Positions 32,485 through 61,532 of a DNA stretch of 64,000 bases are shown here, piece by piece (position 1 is the stretch's first letter; each line of letters opens with the position of its first letter). This DNA comes from Camelus ferus (taxonomy: Eukaryota): NCBI RefSeq assembly GCF_009834535.1, contig NC_045704.1, positions 36,766,001-36,830,000 on the forward strand. Direction: 5' to 3'. The notes below the pieces were generated by a model. The model saw nothing but the letters and a program-made list of their open reading frames with translations, was not told the DNA's origin and ran no database searches. The position numbers and the translations under genes are program-made.

Positions 32485-34781
32485 GCTTGGAAAGATGAAA
32501 CAGGGTTTGGAGAGTAATGGCTTCAGTTTCCCGCTTAAGGTGACCCACAACAGAGAGAGAAGTTGCCCGGGATCAGGTACGGAAGAGGACCTCAGACAAG
32601 GCACAGAGGGACTGGTCAGGCGGCCCAAGTCATTAACCAAGACAGACTACAAGGCTCTGCCTACAGGACTGGAGTCTTCGAGGCAGGGTGCCAGCAATGA
32701 CAGGGAGGCTCTGCCTTCCCTGAGGATTGGTTCTGTAGAGAAGAGAGAAATTGTGAGCTTGAAATGGGGGCACACAGCTGTTCTCGGGGCCCTCTCCCTG
32801 ATCTGCCTGCACTCGCCACATTGACATAAACCACATCAGGGAAGCGAGAGGCTCTGGGCTGGGAGATCTGCTCACATCACACACTACCAAAGAAGTCTGC
32901 TGGCAGCTCAGCTCCCTCAGCAAAGAGGATGATGGCTGTCTCCATGCCCACTCACCTTCAGTTCCCCATCCCTGGGCTATCATCCCAGCCTCCCAGCTCA
33001 CTGCCAACCCTCTTCAATTGGCTGTCTCACAGGTGATAGTCTGGGGTTATCTGCCCACAAAACAAAGAAGTCACAAGTTCTGCTCATGCTCCAAGGAAAT
33101 AAGGGGAAGACTGACCAGGGAAGGCCCTAGTGTCCAAAACAAGAATTTTAGTAACATAACTTTTTTTGCAGAAAACATCTTGCTTGGAAGCCCAATACAC
33201 AAGATACTGGTTTTATCTAAAAGTAGAGAGGCTCTGGTTGAGGCCTCCCTGAGGCCTGCCAGCTCCTCGCCTGTTGCTGCCCTGAATCTCAATGCAGGAC
33301 ACAACTACTCATAAGAACAGACTGCTGGGTCTAAGAGGCCAGACCTCTCAGATCTGAGGGCCCCACAGCAAATAGCTTCAGTCAGTCAATATTTAAAACA
33401 ACTACATGGAACTGAGGACCATCTCAGAAAACTTCTCCTGTGAGGGGCTGGCCCACATCCCTCTCAACTCTTCCACAGGCCCTCCACCCTGACCATGTGT
33501 CTGGTCTCTCTTCACACAACAGGTGGGAAGGCTTTGCAGGGACCTGAGCTAATGCCTGATAGGGGTTGGATGATAGGTCCACAGACTTATGCAGCCTTGA
33601 TGTATACATCGAGAACTTCCCCAGTCTAGTCATCTTCCCAAGCACCAAAAAAAAAAAAAAAAAAATCCTGAATCCCCTGAATCTGATGGTGTTAAGGCCT
33701 GCAGGAAAATATAAGCAATTTCTAATTTGCCTCTGCAATGTGGAAGCAGCATGCTAATCACAGAGCATTCCTCCCCATCACCTTCCTGGAGACAATCTTG
33801 TCCCCTTACTCCAAGTCTGTAACATTCTGGGAAATCAGTGGAAGGTAAAGACCACCCAGCCCAGGCAAATCTCTAACTCACCACTTTGTGGCAGCATAAG
33901 GTAATGACAGCGAGAGGGAGAAACTTTTAGAATCAGATGCAACCCACTGTCAGGTTCCCAACTCCTCTGCCTCTAACTTTGAAAAGTTTCTGTTTTCTCC
34001 CGATGAAAAGAGAAGGAAGGGGATGCCTTCACAGGCCAGCCTGGCCTCTAACTGTTCTGCAAAGAGACATGAGTCAAGCTAAAAGCTGTCATGCTCAGCA
34101 TCTTTCCGGGAAGGGAAGAAGGAAAGGGCCGCTCCTCCGGGTGGAGGCAGCAGGTTGCATGAGCGAGCAGGTACCAAAGCTTCTCCAGGAAAGAGAGAAG
34201 CAAGGCTACTCTGTGTGAGGTCCAGGTCAGGCTGTGCCAATCCAACTGTTTTTTCCAGCATGAATGGCAGCCAGACCCAGGATCCCCAGCCCTGGGCCCC
34301 CAGCTCTGCCGCCCACCCCGGCTCCTGTCCAGGAAGGTGCAGCCAGGAGGCCTCTCTGATCACTCAGCAAAGAGGATGAGAAACTAGGGTAATAAGGGAG
34401 GCAAGGGGAGGCCCCCACCTGCGCCCCACCCCAGCCCTTCCTCCTCCTTGAGAAACAGAATGAAAGCTGATCACCTCCCGGCCAGCACTGCCCGCAGACC
34501 CAGCTGGGCTGTCTCCTGTCAGCCCTCCCGGGAATGGCCAGGCTACTGCGGCCCGAGCGCCGGTCCCACGGGCGATTGGTCTAGAGGAAGGCCCCAGGGC
34601 TGCAGGCCGGGCCCGGGAAGCGGCTGCGCGTCGAGGTCTGCGTGGGCCGCCCAGGAGCTCAGGAGGCCGCCGGGTCGGGCTGGAGGGAGGCGGGGGGGGG
34701 GGGGGCTGGACTGGCTGAGGAAAGGGTGCGGCGGGAGCGGGAGTGGCCCCCAGACGCGGCCCCGGGCGCTCCGCCGCTCAC

Positions 34782-34900
34782 CTGCTCCAGGCCGCCCGCG
34801 GGGTCAGGCGCGGGGCGAGTGGCGACCGGCTGCTCTCTCAGCCGCCCCTTTATTCCGACTCCATCCGCGGCAGCGCGGCCTACGCGCGCTGCCAATCCCC
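34782..34900 (-). other. ZNF319: ZNF319 non-coding exon 1 (5' end approximate); coding-exon acceptor at 32732
   Basis: Donor CAG|GTGAGC at 34782 inside the CpG island. Acceptor tttctctcttctctacag| at 32732, about 250 nt upstream of the ATG. Confidence 0.6.
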
Positions 34901-35863
34901 GGCCTTGCGTAGCGGCGGCGGCCGGCCCGGGGGCGGGGGACAGGCTAGAGGCGGCCGGAACCGAGGAAGCGACGTGCGCGGCCGGGATAGCGGGGCCGGG
35001 GCGGAGGAGCGATGGGAGGGCGGGCGGACGGACCGATGGCCTTGCAGAGACCGGCGGACAGGCGGGCGGCGCGGGGGCCAGGGAGGCGGGGCCGGGGGAG
35101 GAGCGGCAGCCGGGGCGGCGGCGGCTGCGGGAGGAGCGGGCCGCGCGGAGCGAGGCCGCCCCCTGCTGGGGACCCCGCGGCCGGGCCGGGTCGGACAGCC
35201 GGGAGCGCGGGGCAGCTCTCCAGTCGCCCAGCGGACACGCCTCAGCTGACCCAGGAAGGGCGCTCCGCTTCCGACCACCCTGCTCGGTCTTAAGGGAGGG
35301 GGCTCTCAGGGCCCGGCCCCTGGTCTGACCCCTGAGCCTGAGAGGAGGGGCCTCCTAGACCCCCTGATCTTCTGGAACTGAACCTCTTCTGACTTCTCAG
35401 CTCGCTCTTAGGGGAAGGGGTCCCTGGAGCTCGGACTTAGGGCTGCCTTGAGGAAGGGGTCCTGGGACCTCTGACCCCGTCCGTACCGCGATGGCAAGGA
35501 TCTCGGCTGGGTCTAAAGCACTGACCGCTGACCCAGGGACCATCTGTTGCTGGGAGGTCCTGAGTTGCTGCAGACAGGGCAGCAGACAGAGAGGTCAGGG
35601 CCCAAAGCGACCTGTGAAATGGGCACACGGAGGATGGGTGTTCCGGGAGGCTCCAGGTAGCGGTCAAAGCGCAGCGAGGGTGCAAACAGCGTGGTCTGGT
35701 TGGGGAGAGTCTTTGCTACCGTCCTGCCGGCCCCGCCCCCGACTCCGCCCCGAGGCGGTGCTAACCCGGGCCCCGCCCCCGGGAGTGCACTTCCGGCGCA
35801 GCGGAATTCCGGGTGAGGTGCTGATTGCTGGCTGACCGTCCGTGTTGTAGTGGAGGGGGCCCC

Positions 35864-53488
<17,625 letters not shown>

Positions 53489-56400
53489 GCACCGGAGGCC
53501 CTCACTGTCCTGTGCCCATCTGCAGCCAGGCAGAGATGGAGGAACCTACTCAGATCGATGGGGAGGCTGCCGGCCACCCCACTGGGAGGCCTGGCCAGAG
53601 ATGCAGCCACTCCTGGTCCTCCTGGGAGCTGGTTCTCTCCTCTGTCTTTGGAGCTGGAAGTCAGGTGCTGCTGCATTGTGGTCATTCCCAGAAATCACCA
53701 GTAGAGGGCAGCCTGGGTATCCCAGTTCCAGGTCTGTGCTGGTTACACAAAAAAACTAGGGTCATCCGGTGAGCCCACCCATACTCAGCCAGAACCCCCA
53801 TTGGAGTCCCTCCAACAAATGGCCCTCCCCCACAGTCCCTTTGGCCGTTAGCATTTTGATACCATTGGCCACAGACGAAGAGTTTTTTAAGCCATCCTGC
53901 CCTGGCTCATCCCTGCTCAAGTCCAACACAGGATGCATCCTCGGGCCTGCCACCCTCCCCCCTTGAAGTGTGTCATTTATTTCTTTTTAGTCTCACCCCC
54001 TCCTCTACCAGCAGAGGCCATTTCAGGGCCAAGGCCCAGGGTGCTAATTTGTGGTTGAGCATCAGTCTTCCCCATTCCTTCCTCCCACCCCGCCCCCAGC
54101 CAGGTGCCTGGGGAGACTTGAGCAGATGTTTCATCTTGGCCTGGCTGGTGGCTTTAAGCCAGGCCTCCGACGCTCTGTGACCTCTGGCGTCTCATCAGCT
54201 TCCCAAAGAGGCAGAGAGGCGCCTTCCCGAGGCTGAGTTCTCTTTCTGCTGCCTCAGCGGCCGGCTGTGACCTGCGGGCGTTCCAGAGGGACAGAGGAAG
54301 GACCAGGGTCGCATGGGATTTTTGTTCTTCTTCAAGCCCTCACCAGAGCAAAGGCCCAGTCCTCTCCAGTTGCCATCTGGACTTACAGCAATGAAGGAAG
54401 AAATTTTTTTTTACGTTTTAGTTTTAAATTATGTTTAACAAATACAAATTGCAGTTTTTATTTTGGATTTTGTTTTGGACTGCTTCTATTCAACTAGGTG
54501 AACAGATGACTTTCCTCTGCCCCCAGCTTCTCCAGCGTGCTTCACAGTTTGGGGGAACTCTTTGGAGTCTCTGTTGCAACTTCTGTGGTGGCTATGAGAG
54601 GCCTTAGTGATGCCTCCGTACACAGTGGGGTCACCCGGCCTGCCAGGCCCACTCACCAGAGGGTCACACACACACCTGGACCGTGGCTTGGCACGCGGCA
54701 GGGCGTCAGTATGAGCACAGACATTTAGACTTGATTCTCCTGTAACACTTTCAGAGCCCTTTCTAGGACCCTCTCATCTGTTCCTCCCAAGAACCCCCTG
54801 AAAAGCAAACTGAATAGGAATGACTATTCCATTTTTCCAGAAGAGCAGGTTCAATGACTTGCCTGGAGTCACATGAGAAATCAAGAAATCAAGGCTGCCC
54901 TTTGCTGCCTGCTCCTGGTCAGGCCTGCTCTCCCCCATCCACCTTCCCCACCCATGCAACTCACCCCCAGGGAAAGGCAAGGGAAAAGGGGCCCTGTCAC
55001 TCTGGCTCCCACACTCCCTCTTGCTCCTCTGCGCTTCCCGAGCCAGGCTCCCAATGTCCACGCTGAAAGACCCAGAAAACCACATTCTCTGCCTCTTTCC
55101 CCTACCCCTCTGCATTGAGCTGCTGGTTCAATGACCACTGGCCAGTCAGTTCCTCTGGCTTTTGAGGTCACGCTGGAGGGGGAGAAGCCAGGCATCCTTC
55201 CTGGCAAATCCATTGTGCAGCCAGCACTTACTGACACCTGCTCCTGGCCAGACCCTGCCCTAGGCAGTTGAGTGAATCAGATTCATCCAGCCCTCTGGAC
55301 TCTCACAATTTAGGGGATGGACAGGGTGCAGAGAAGAATCCCCACCCCTGACTTTGCACTTCCCAGACTGGGAGGTACAAGCAAAGCCATACAATTTCCT
55401 GCAGGTTCCAGCTTCAGGATGGATGCCAGCCTCCAACAAAGCAGGTTCTGCAGACACAGACCACCTGATCTTCCTCCTCAGGGATACCCAGCCTCCATCC
55501 TGGGCTGCGTAATCCCTGAGGAGTACCTGTAGGGGTCATCCACTCCTTTTTCCTGGGAGGGCACCCCCGTCCCTGGGGGGGGGGGGTCATGTAGCACCAC
55601 CATTAACAAACCCAGGAGGACTGGCTGACCAGCAGGTCCCTTGGGGGAGGATGTGGCCTGGATGGAATCAGCGTGCAGCAACTTTGAGAAATGGGCCAAG
55701 ATCAATAACTGGCTCTTCAACGGAGAATGGAAGGTGGTGATAGAGGAAGGAAGCAGGAGATTCACCGCAGGGGAGGGGTGGGCAGGCTGGGCCTGGCGGC
55801 GGGTGGCGGGTCGGCAGGGCTTGGCGGGCGCCCAGACGCTGAGTGCGCCGCTGGAGAGGGCGCATTCACGAGCGCCGCGCTGACCGTGCAAAAGCAGCTG
55901 GGGCTCTTCCATAAGAGGAGATGTGCTCCGGAGACAGAAGGCAAGACCCGAGCAGGCTGGGGTCCACCCCTCGGCAGGCTGGCGGGGAGTAAAGACTCGC
56001 TCTCCAGGGGGATTTTATCACACTGGGGAGGGTGCAAAATCAACACATCTGGCCTCAGTGTCCTCAGATGTTCCCTGCAGGGCAAGGAAATCATCATCTC
56101 TCGGTCTGTTTGGCTCTTTTCCACCTGGCACTCTCCAGTCTTCTCCACACGCCTCTCCAGACCACCCCAGCTTTGTTTCCAAGGAAGAGGGAAATTACTT
56201 TGGCTTGTTTGTTTATTCCCTGTCTTGGTACCAGGCGCCCGAGGGGCCCGCAGTGGGCAGCCATGGGTGGGGGTGGCAGCCCTGGGCCAGGTTCTAACTC
56301 ACAGCACCTTTCCTTTACTAGACTAGGGACCTCGGCCTCTACCTGAGCCAGAACCTTCCTTTTACAAATGAGACAAACCCAAAGAGGGGAGGTAACTTGG

Positions 56401-57219
56401 TCAAGACTGCCCAGTAAATTAGAGCCAGGCAGCACCCCCCGGCCCTGGCTTCTGATCCAGGCTGTTTGTATAACCTCTCACACCACAGCAGGGTCTCAGA
56501 ATGAAACTGTGCTGTGAAATGACACGCCTGGGCTTTAATTCAAAAGATTCCAAGAGAAAAAGAGTTGGGGGAGGTTAGGAGCTAGAAGAAAAGATAGAGG
56601 CAAGATGTGGGTAATACTTAAAGCTGGTTGACTGAAGAGCTGGAGTTCACACAGCTCAGTCCTACAGCTCCCCTCAGACCTGACAGAACCACAGACCCCT
56701 GTGATGGATGCAGGTACAAACCCACCTTGGAGCCCCGAAGAGCACCTGTAGGGGCCAGAGCCAGTCACTGGGAGCTTCAAGGTCTGGTCCACCAGGGATG
56801 CCATCTCCCTGAAGTAGGATTTACCCCAAGACAGGAACCTCCAATAGAGAGAAAACAATGACCGACCTTGTCTGACCGCAGGCACCTAAGAGCATTGCTC
56901 ACGGTTTCTGGGCTCCTGTCTTTACTCGGTACCTCTAACCTTTTTTTCTAATTCGGTGATTGTGAATAAATATTGTGGAAGATTGCAGTGCATTCAGTTA
57001 AACTGAGACAACCCTGTTGACCATTCCTGACAACCACTGTACATTTCCCAAAAGGAAATTTCAAAGTAAAAAAAAATCAGAAATTCATTTCCCAAATGAG
57101 GGACCCCACATAAAAGCTGGTCAATAGAAATGGATGAAATTGTCACCTTTCCTCCAAACCCCAACTTCCTTTCCCTTAGGATGCTCTGCCGAACAAGAGG
57201 TAATGTCCGCTGTTGGTGC

Positions 57220-57663
57220 TGACAAAGATTCTTTGCTTGACCAAACTTTAGACAGGCTCTCCCGAACCCTCTTCCCAACAAGGTCCATCTGTGTACTTCC
57301 TTCTAGAATCCAGTTCCAGCAAGACCCTACTAAGTCAGCTTACTGAGAATTCCCTGCCCTTAATATCTGATCAAAATCATCCCCACTACCCTCCAGATAT
57401 CTGATCACCCTGACCTGCCTTCAGCCGGAATCTCTCAGACTTGATGTCTCCACTTAGTACTTTTCCATTCACCAATGTTGGCCCCTACCTACCCCGTGCT
57501 TCTTGGCTATGAATCCCCACTTGTTCTGGTTGTATTTGGAATTGAGCCCAGTGCTATACTGGAGTCTCTTTCCCCCTGTTGCAATACTTTTGTTGTTGTT
57601 GTTGTTTTAATAAAATCTATCTTTACTCCCTTAACCTCTATCCAACTCTAGTTCTCTTTAACA
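57220..57663 (+). mobile_element. 5' LTR of a MER4-group ERV1 (MER67/MER31-like)
   Basis: TG...CA termini (TGACAAAGATTCTTTGCTTGACCAAACTTTAG...TCTTTAACA), GATATCTGATCA motifs, and AATAAA at 57609-57614. Confidence 0.8.
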
Positions 57664-57668
57664 GTTTT

Positions 57669-57686
57669 TGGTGCTGTGAATCAAAT
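57669..57686 (+). promoter_or_regulatory. Degenerate primer-binding site, tRNA-His-like
   Basis: TGGTGCTGTGAATCAAAT versus TGGTGCCGTGACTCGGAT (complement of the tRNA-His 3' end): 14/18 match, two mismatches at CpG positions, 5 nt after the LTR. Confidence 0.65.
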
Positions 57687-57887
57687 CTGGATTGGAACTA
57701 CCACCAAAGCCTCAAATGCAACACCAGGCCTCACAGGGCACACCTACCTAACCTTTTGTCTCCAGTCTGCTTGCTGGTTTGGGTATCTGGTGATTGAGTC
57801 CAGTGCTAAAATCCAGTGCTCTGGGTAAATGTCAAATGAAGCACAGTGAGGACAGATCTTGATTTTTAGGATTCCATGTACACTCTA

Positions 57888-58092
57888 GAAGCTGGGTTAG
57901 AGTCCCAGGCAAGCCAAGGCCAGGGTAGAGTCCTGGATTTCTCTGTAACCAGCTGGGTTGGAGCCCTAAGCAAGCAGCTGTTTGTAAGAAGCTGGGTTAG
58001 AGTCCTGGGTAAATAGAGGCTGGTTAAAGTCCTAGGCTTTCTGATTGTAAGAGGCTAGTCCCTGTAGGAACAGAGGCTGGGTTGGAAACCCA
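57888..58092 (+). repeat. Degenerate tandem array (6-7 copies of about GAAGCTGGGTTAGAGTCCYAGG) in the ERV1 leader
   Basis: Copies at about 57888, 57918, 57950, 57988, 58016, 58051 (partial) and 58074. Confidence 0.7.
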
Positions 58093-61000
58093 TGTTTCTC
58101 TGTTCATAAGTGTAAAGGTACCATGAGTCAAGAACATGGGGGCTTCTTGATCGACTGGAAATCTCATACTCCGGCTGACCACATGCTTCTACAGCCTGAG
58201 CTTTCTTTCTCATTGGCAAAACTTTACCAAAAACTCTTGAGCCACTACAGCCTCTCTGGGGCTCTTGGGATCCAAATGAGTCCACCTGAGGGGAACCCGA
58301 GGGCAAAATGGAACAAAAATATCTGATGCACAATGGTCTGCTTTTTTCACTTGGTATGAAGAAGCCAGAAAGCAACTTAACAATTCAAATCTCATTCAAA
58401 CTATTGAAGTTCTTAAACAGCATCTTCAGAATATTTTTCTAACCTAGTAAACCCCCTACACCCCTCCACAGCTCCCTCCCCCACCTTCAGCTCCCAGCTT
58501 TTCTTGATACCTGTCCTCCCCCAGTATGTCCTTCACCAGTGACACCCCAGCCTCTCAACTCCCCATAACTGTAAGGTTCTCCAGTCCCCATCTCTTGTAG
58601 CTGAAGCCCAGAGTGGCTGCTACCTGTTCTCAAGGGAGGCCAACAGAAGAGATAACATTTAAACTTTGGTCTTTGTGGAATTATATGCTATCATAAAGGA
58701 GTTTCCAAAAGAATCTCCCAAAAGAAAAGGGAAAGATTTACTGAACAATTGGAGACTGTTCTGGGGGCATATTCTCCAGATTCCCCAATTTATGTCAACT
58801 AATCCACCTACCAGTTGGCCCTGGGGATGCCCCACTTTGGTTTGAAAAGGCCAAATGGAACATTGTTCCTGAAGACCCTCAAGAGTCTCAATGACCCTGA
58901 TTCTCAGCAGAAGATAAGGGAAGGAATAGAAAAATTACTAGGAGCCACCCCTCCCGTCTCTCTCACCAAAACTGATTGGCTGTGTATTAAAATTATAAGC
59001 AGCAAAGAAATGAAATGTGGCTTACCATTGGCATCAATTAGAGACAACATGGAAACAGCAGGGCTGCACCTGACTTCCCTAGCAGCCTCTGCTCTGGCCA
59101 CAAGTTTTGTAAATGGTCTCAAACCAGAGCTCCGTGACTCATTATGGAGAAACGTATTAACCAGCAAAATGCAAACATGTCTGAGCTCCAGACGTTAGCC
59201 CAGCATTATGAAGATGCTATTTCCAGCAAACTGGAAAATATACAATACATGCTTATGGCCTTGCAATTAAAACAGCTAGAAGGACCTCAACATTTTCATC
59301 TATGGAAATTTCCAAAATCCTGTTCTCCTATTAGTCAAGACTCTTGCTGAAATTGTAAGAAGAAAAGACCCTGGCTCTGCCAGGAGTGGTCAGACCTCGA
59401 GAGGAGGGCAAAAGCCTGAGCCCACTCCTCACCAGAAAGCGAGAGAATTTACTCCAGGAAAATAAATGTCCAGGGCCCTCAACTGCCACCAAACTCACAA
59501 GGGGAGATAACCTTATGGGTTAAAAGGTCCCCACCACAGTTCTCATCGACATCATGGTAACACATTCCACCTCAACACCACTTGTCTCTTGACACCCTTC
59601 CCTGGAGTCAAGAACCTTACCTGCAGCCAGTTATGATAACTTACCTCATGATCTGCCTCCATCTCAACCCCTACTGTTTCTACAGGACCTCTGAAAGCTC
59701 CAAACGGCTTCCTCCTTGGTTCTACCTGCCCAGTAAGCCTTTTAGGAAGGCACCTTCTCATGAACTGGGGTATAAACATTCATTGTGCCTCTGAAGGATT
59801 TCTGTGGGTCCCTGACTCGTCCCCTTCACATCTGTCTCCTAATAGGCTTTTTTTTTTTTTCTTGGTCCAACTTCTCTGAGGTCCTTTGCCCTCTTTAATT
59901 AACATTTATTTTCCTGAAGATTTAAATCACCTATTAGAATTCCCTCTTACTTCTGGACAAAAACCTCCACTGATGTTGGATGCATCTGGCTGTAGAACCC
60001 CTTAAGGTGGAAATTGATCCTTCCATGCCCATCCCCAGATTTCCTGATGTCATTTAAGACCACAAGGCCTTGAGGGTCTCTGCCTGCTAATCAAAGATTT
60101 ATTAGACAAAAACCTTCTAGTTCCTACCTCTGGCCCCTGCACTTCTGCCATCTGGACCATCAAAAAATCAAATGGGCAAGGATATCAGTTAGTCCAAGAT
60201 CTGAGATTTCTCAAAATCATCAAACCCAGATTCACCACAGTGCCTGATCCTAGCACCATCCTGTCTGCTATTCCTCTCAGCACCCCATAGTTCACAGCCC
60301 TCAATTTGTGTTCCACCTTGTTTAGGATTCCCCTTTACAAGGAACTCCAATACTTGTTTGCCTTCACCTGGGATGATCAATAACATACGTGGACTGTTGT
60401 GCCCCAAGGATTTCCTGAGGCTCCTACTTACTCTCACACACCCCAAACGCCAATTCAAGGGAATTAAAATTCCCAGGAGACTCCGTTTTAATCCAATATG
60501 AAGATGACCTCCTTCTACGTTCTGGCAGTTATGATAGCTTCTTCCTTTTGGACACTGAATACCTTCTTACGGTATTAGCAAAAAAAAAAAAAAAATGGCC
60601 ACAAGGTAGCTAGAGACAGAATTCAACTATGCTCTGCGTGTCTGATATCTGGGTCATGATATTTCAGCTCCAGATAAAACTATCTCCACAGACCGGAGGC
60701 TCTGCTATTCAACACTTTCCTCTTCTTAAAAGAGAATGACAACTGACAGGTTTTGGGGGCGGGGAGACGTCTTGTAGGATATTGCAGGACATGGATACCA
60801 GATTTTACTATGACTGCGTCATCCCTCTATGCCATGACTAGGGAGGCACCCCCAGACCCAGTGGTCCAGGACCCCCTCATCCAAAGATGTTTGTGAGAAC
60901 TTAAGGGCTCTATGCTTTTACCTCCCATCCTGAAATTTTCCAATTACTCTCTGCCTTTTTCCTTGTTTGTGCGTGAATGAGAGGCTCACACCCTCAGAGT

Positions 61001-61296
61001 GTCATCCGAGAAGCATGATGGACCTCTGGGATATTATAGTTGGGCCTTCAACCCCGCAGCTAAGGCATAGCCCCCTTGCTCGTGAGCCAAGGCTACCGCA
61101 TCAAAGCTTGTCCACGCTCCCTCTGATTTAGTATGAGATCGTCTGTTTGATATACATGTCCCTCGTGCTGCACCGGCCGTAGTGCTTCAAGAAAACACAC
61201 AGTACTCTTCTGCCTCTCGACTCACCTGTTACGAAATCCTGCTACTCTCTCCTTCTCATGTCACCATACAGAGCTGTCAAGACTTTAACGCTGCCA

Positions 61297-61532
61297 GGGG
61301 GAGGGATAAGTTAGGAGCTTGGTATTAACAGATACTAACTACTATATATAAAATAGATAAACAACAGCTCCTACTGTATAGCACAGGGAATTATATCCAA
61401 TACCTTGTAATAACCTATAATGGAAAAGAATCTGATAAACAATATATATATGTGTGTATAACTGAATCACTTTGCTGTACCCCAGAGACTAACGCAACAC
61501 TGTAAAACAACTATACTTCAATTAAAAAAAAA
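61297..61532 (+). mobile_element. 5'-truncated cetartiodactyl-type L1 3' end inserted in ERV1 pol
   Basis: GGGAGGGATAAGTTAGGAG...CTACTGTATAGCACAGGGAA...AACTGAATCACTTTGCTGTAC...ACTATACTTCAATTAAAAAAA. 13-bp TSD TTTAAYSCTGCCA at 61284-61296 and 61533-61545 (2 mismatches). Confidence 0.85.

Noticed and set aside
32485-32640. 52-aa N-terminal extension of ZNF319 in the ORF track (637 aa)
   Set aside because: It starts at TTG in the 5'UTR; the recognisable protein begins at ATG 32484.
30547-32824. Plus-strand and alternate-frame ORFs overlapping ZNF319
   Set aside because: Shadow ORFs of a GC-rich coding exon, with no recognisable domain or splice support.
55641-55883. Protein-like ORF (FEKWAKINNWLFNGEWK...)
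   Set aside because: GGG start, no family I recognise and no supporting exon chain. A BLASTx hit or conserved codon pattern would be needed.
57888-58092. CRISPR-like repeat-spacer appearance
   Set aside because: Mammalian retroviral leader context, degenerate repeats, irregular short spacers and no cas genes.
58815-59198. Possible domesticated gag or env gene in the ERV1
   Set aside because: The longest open segments are about 127 aa with surrounding stops and frameshifts, and the env region has no long ORF within the window.
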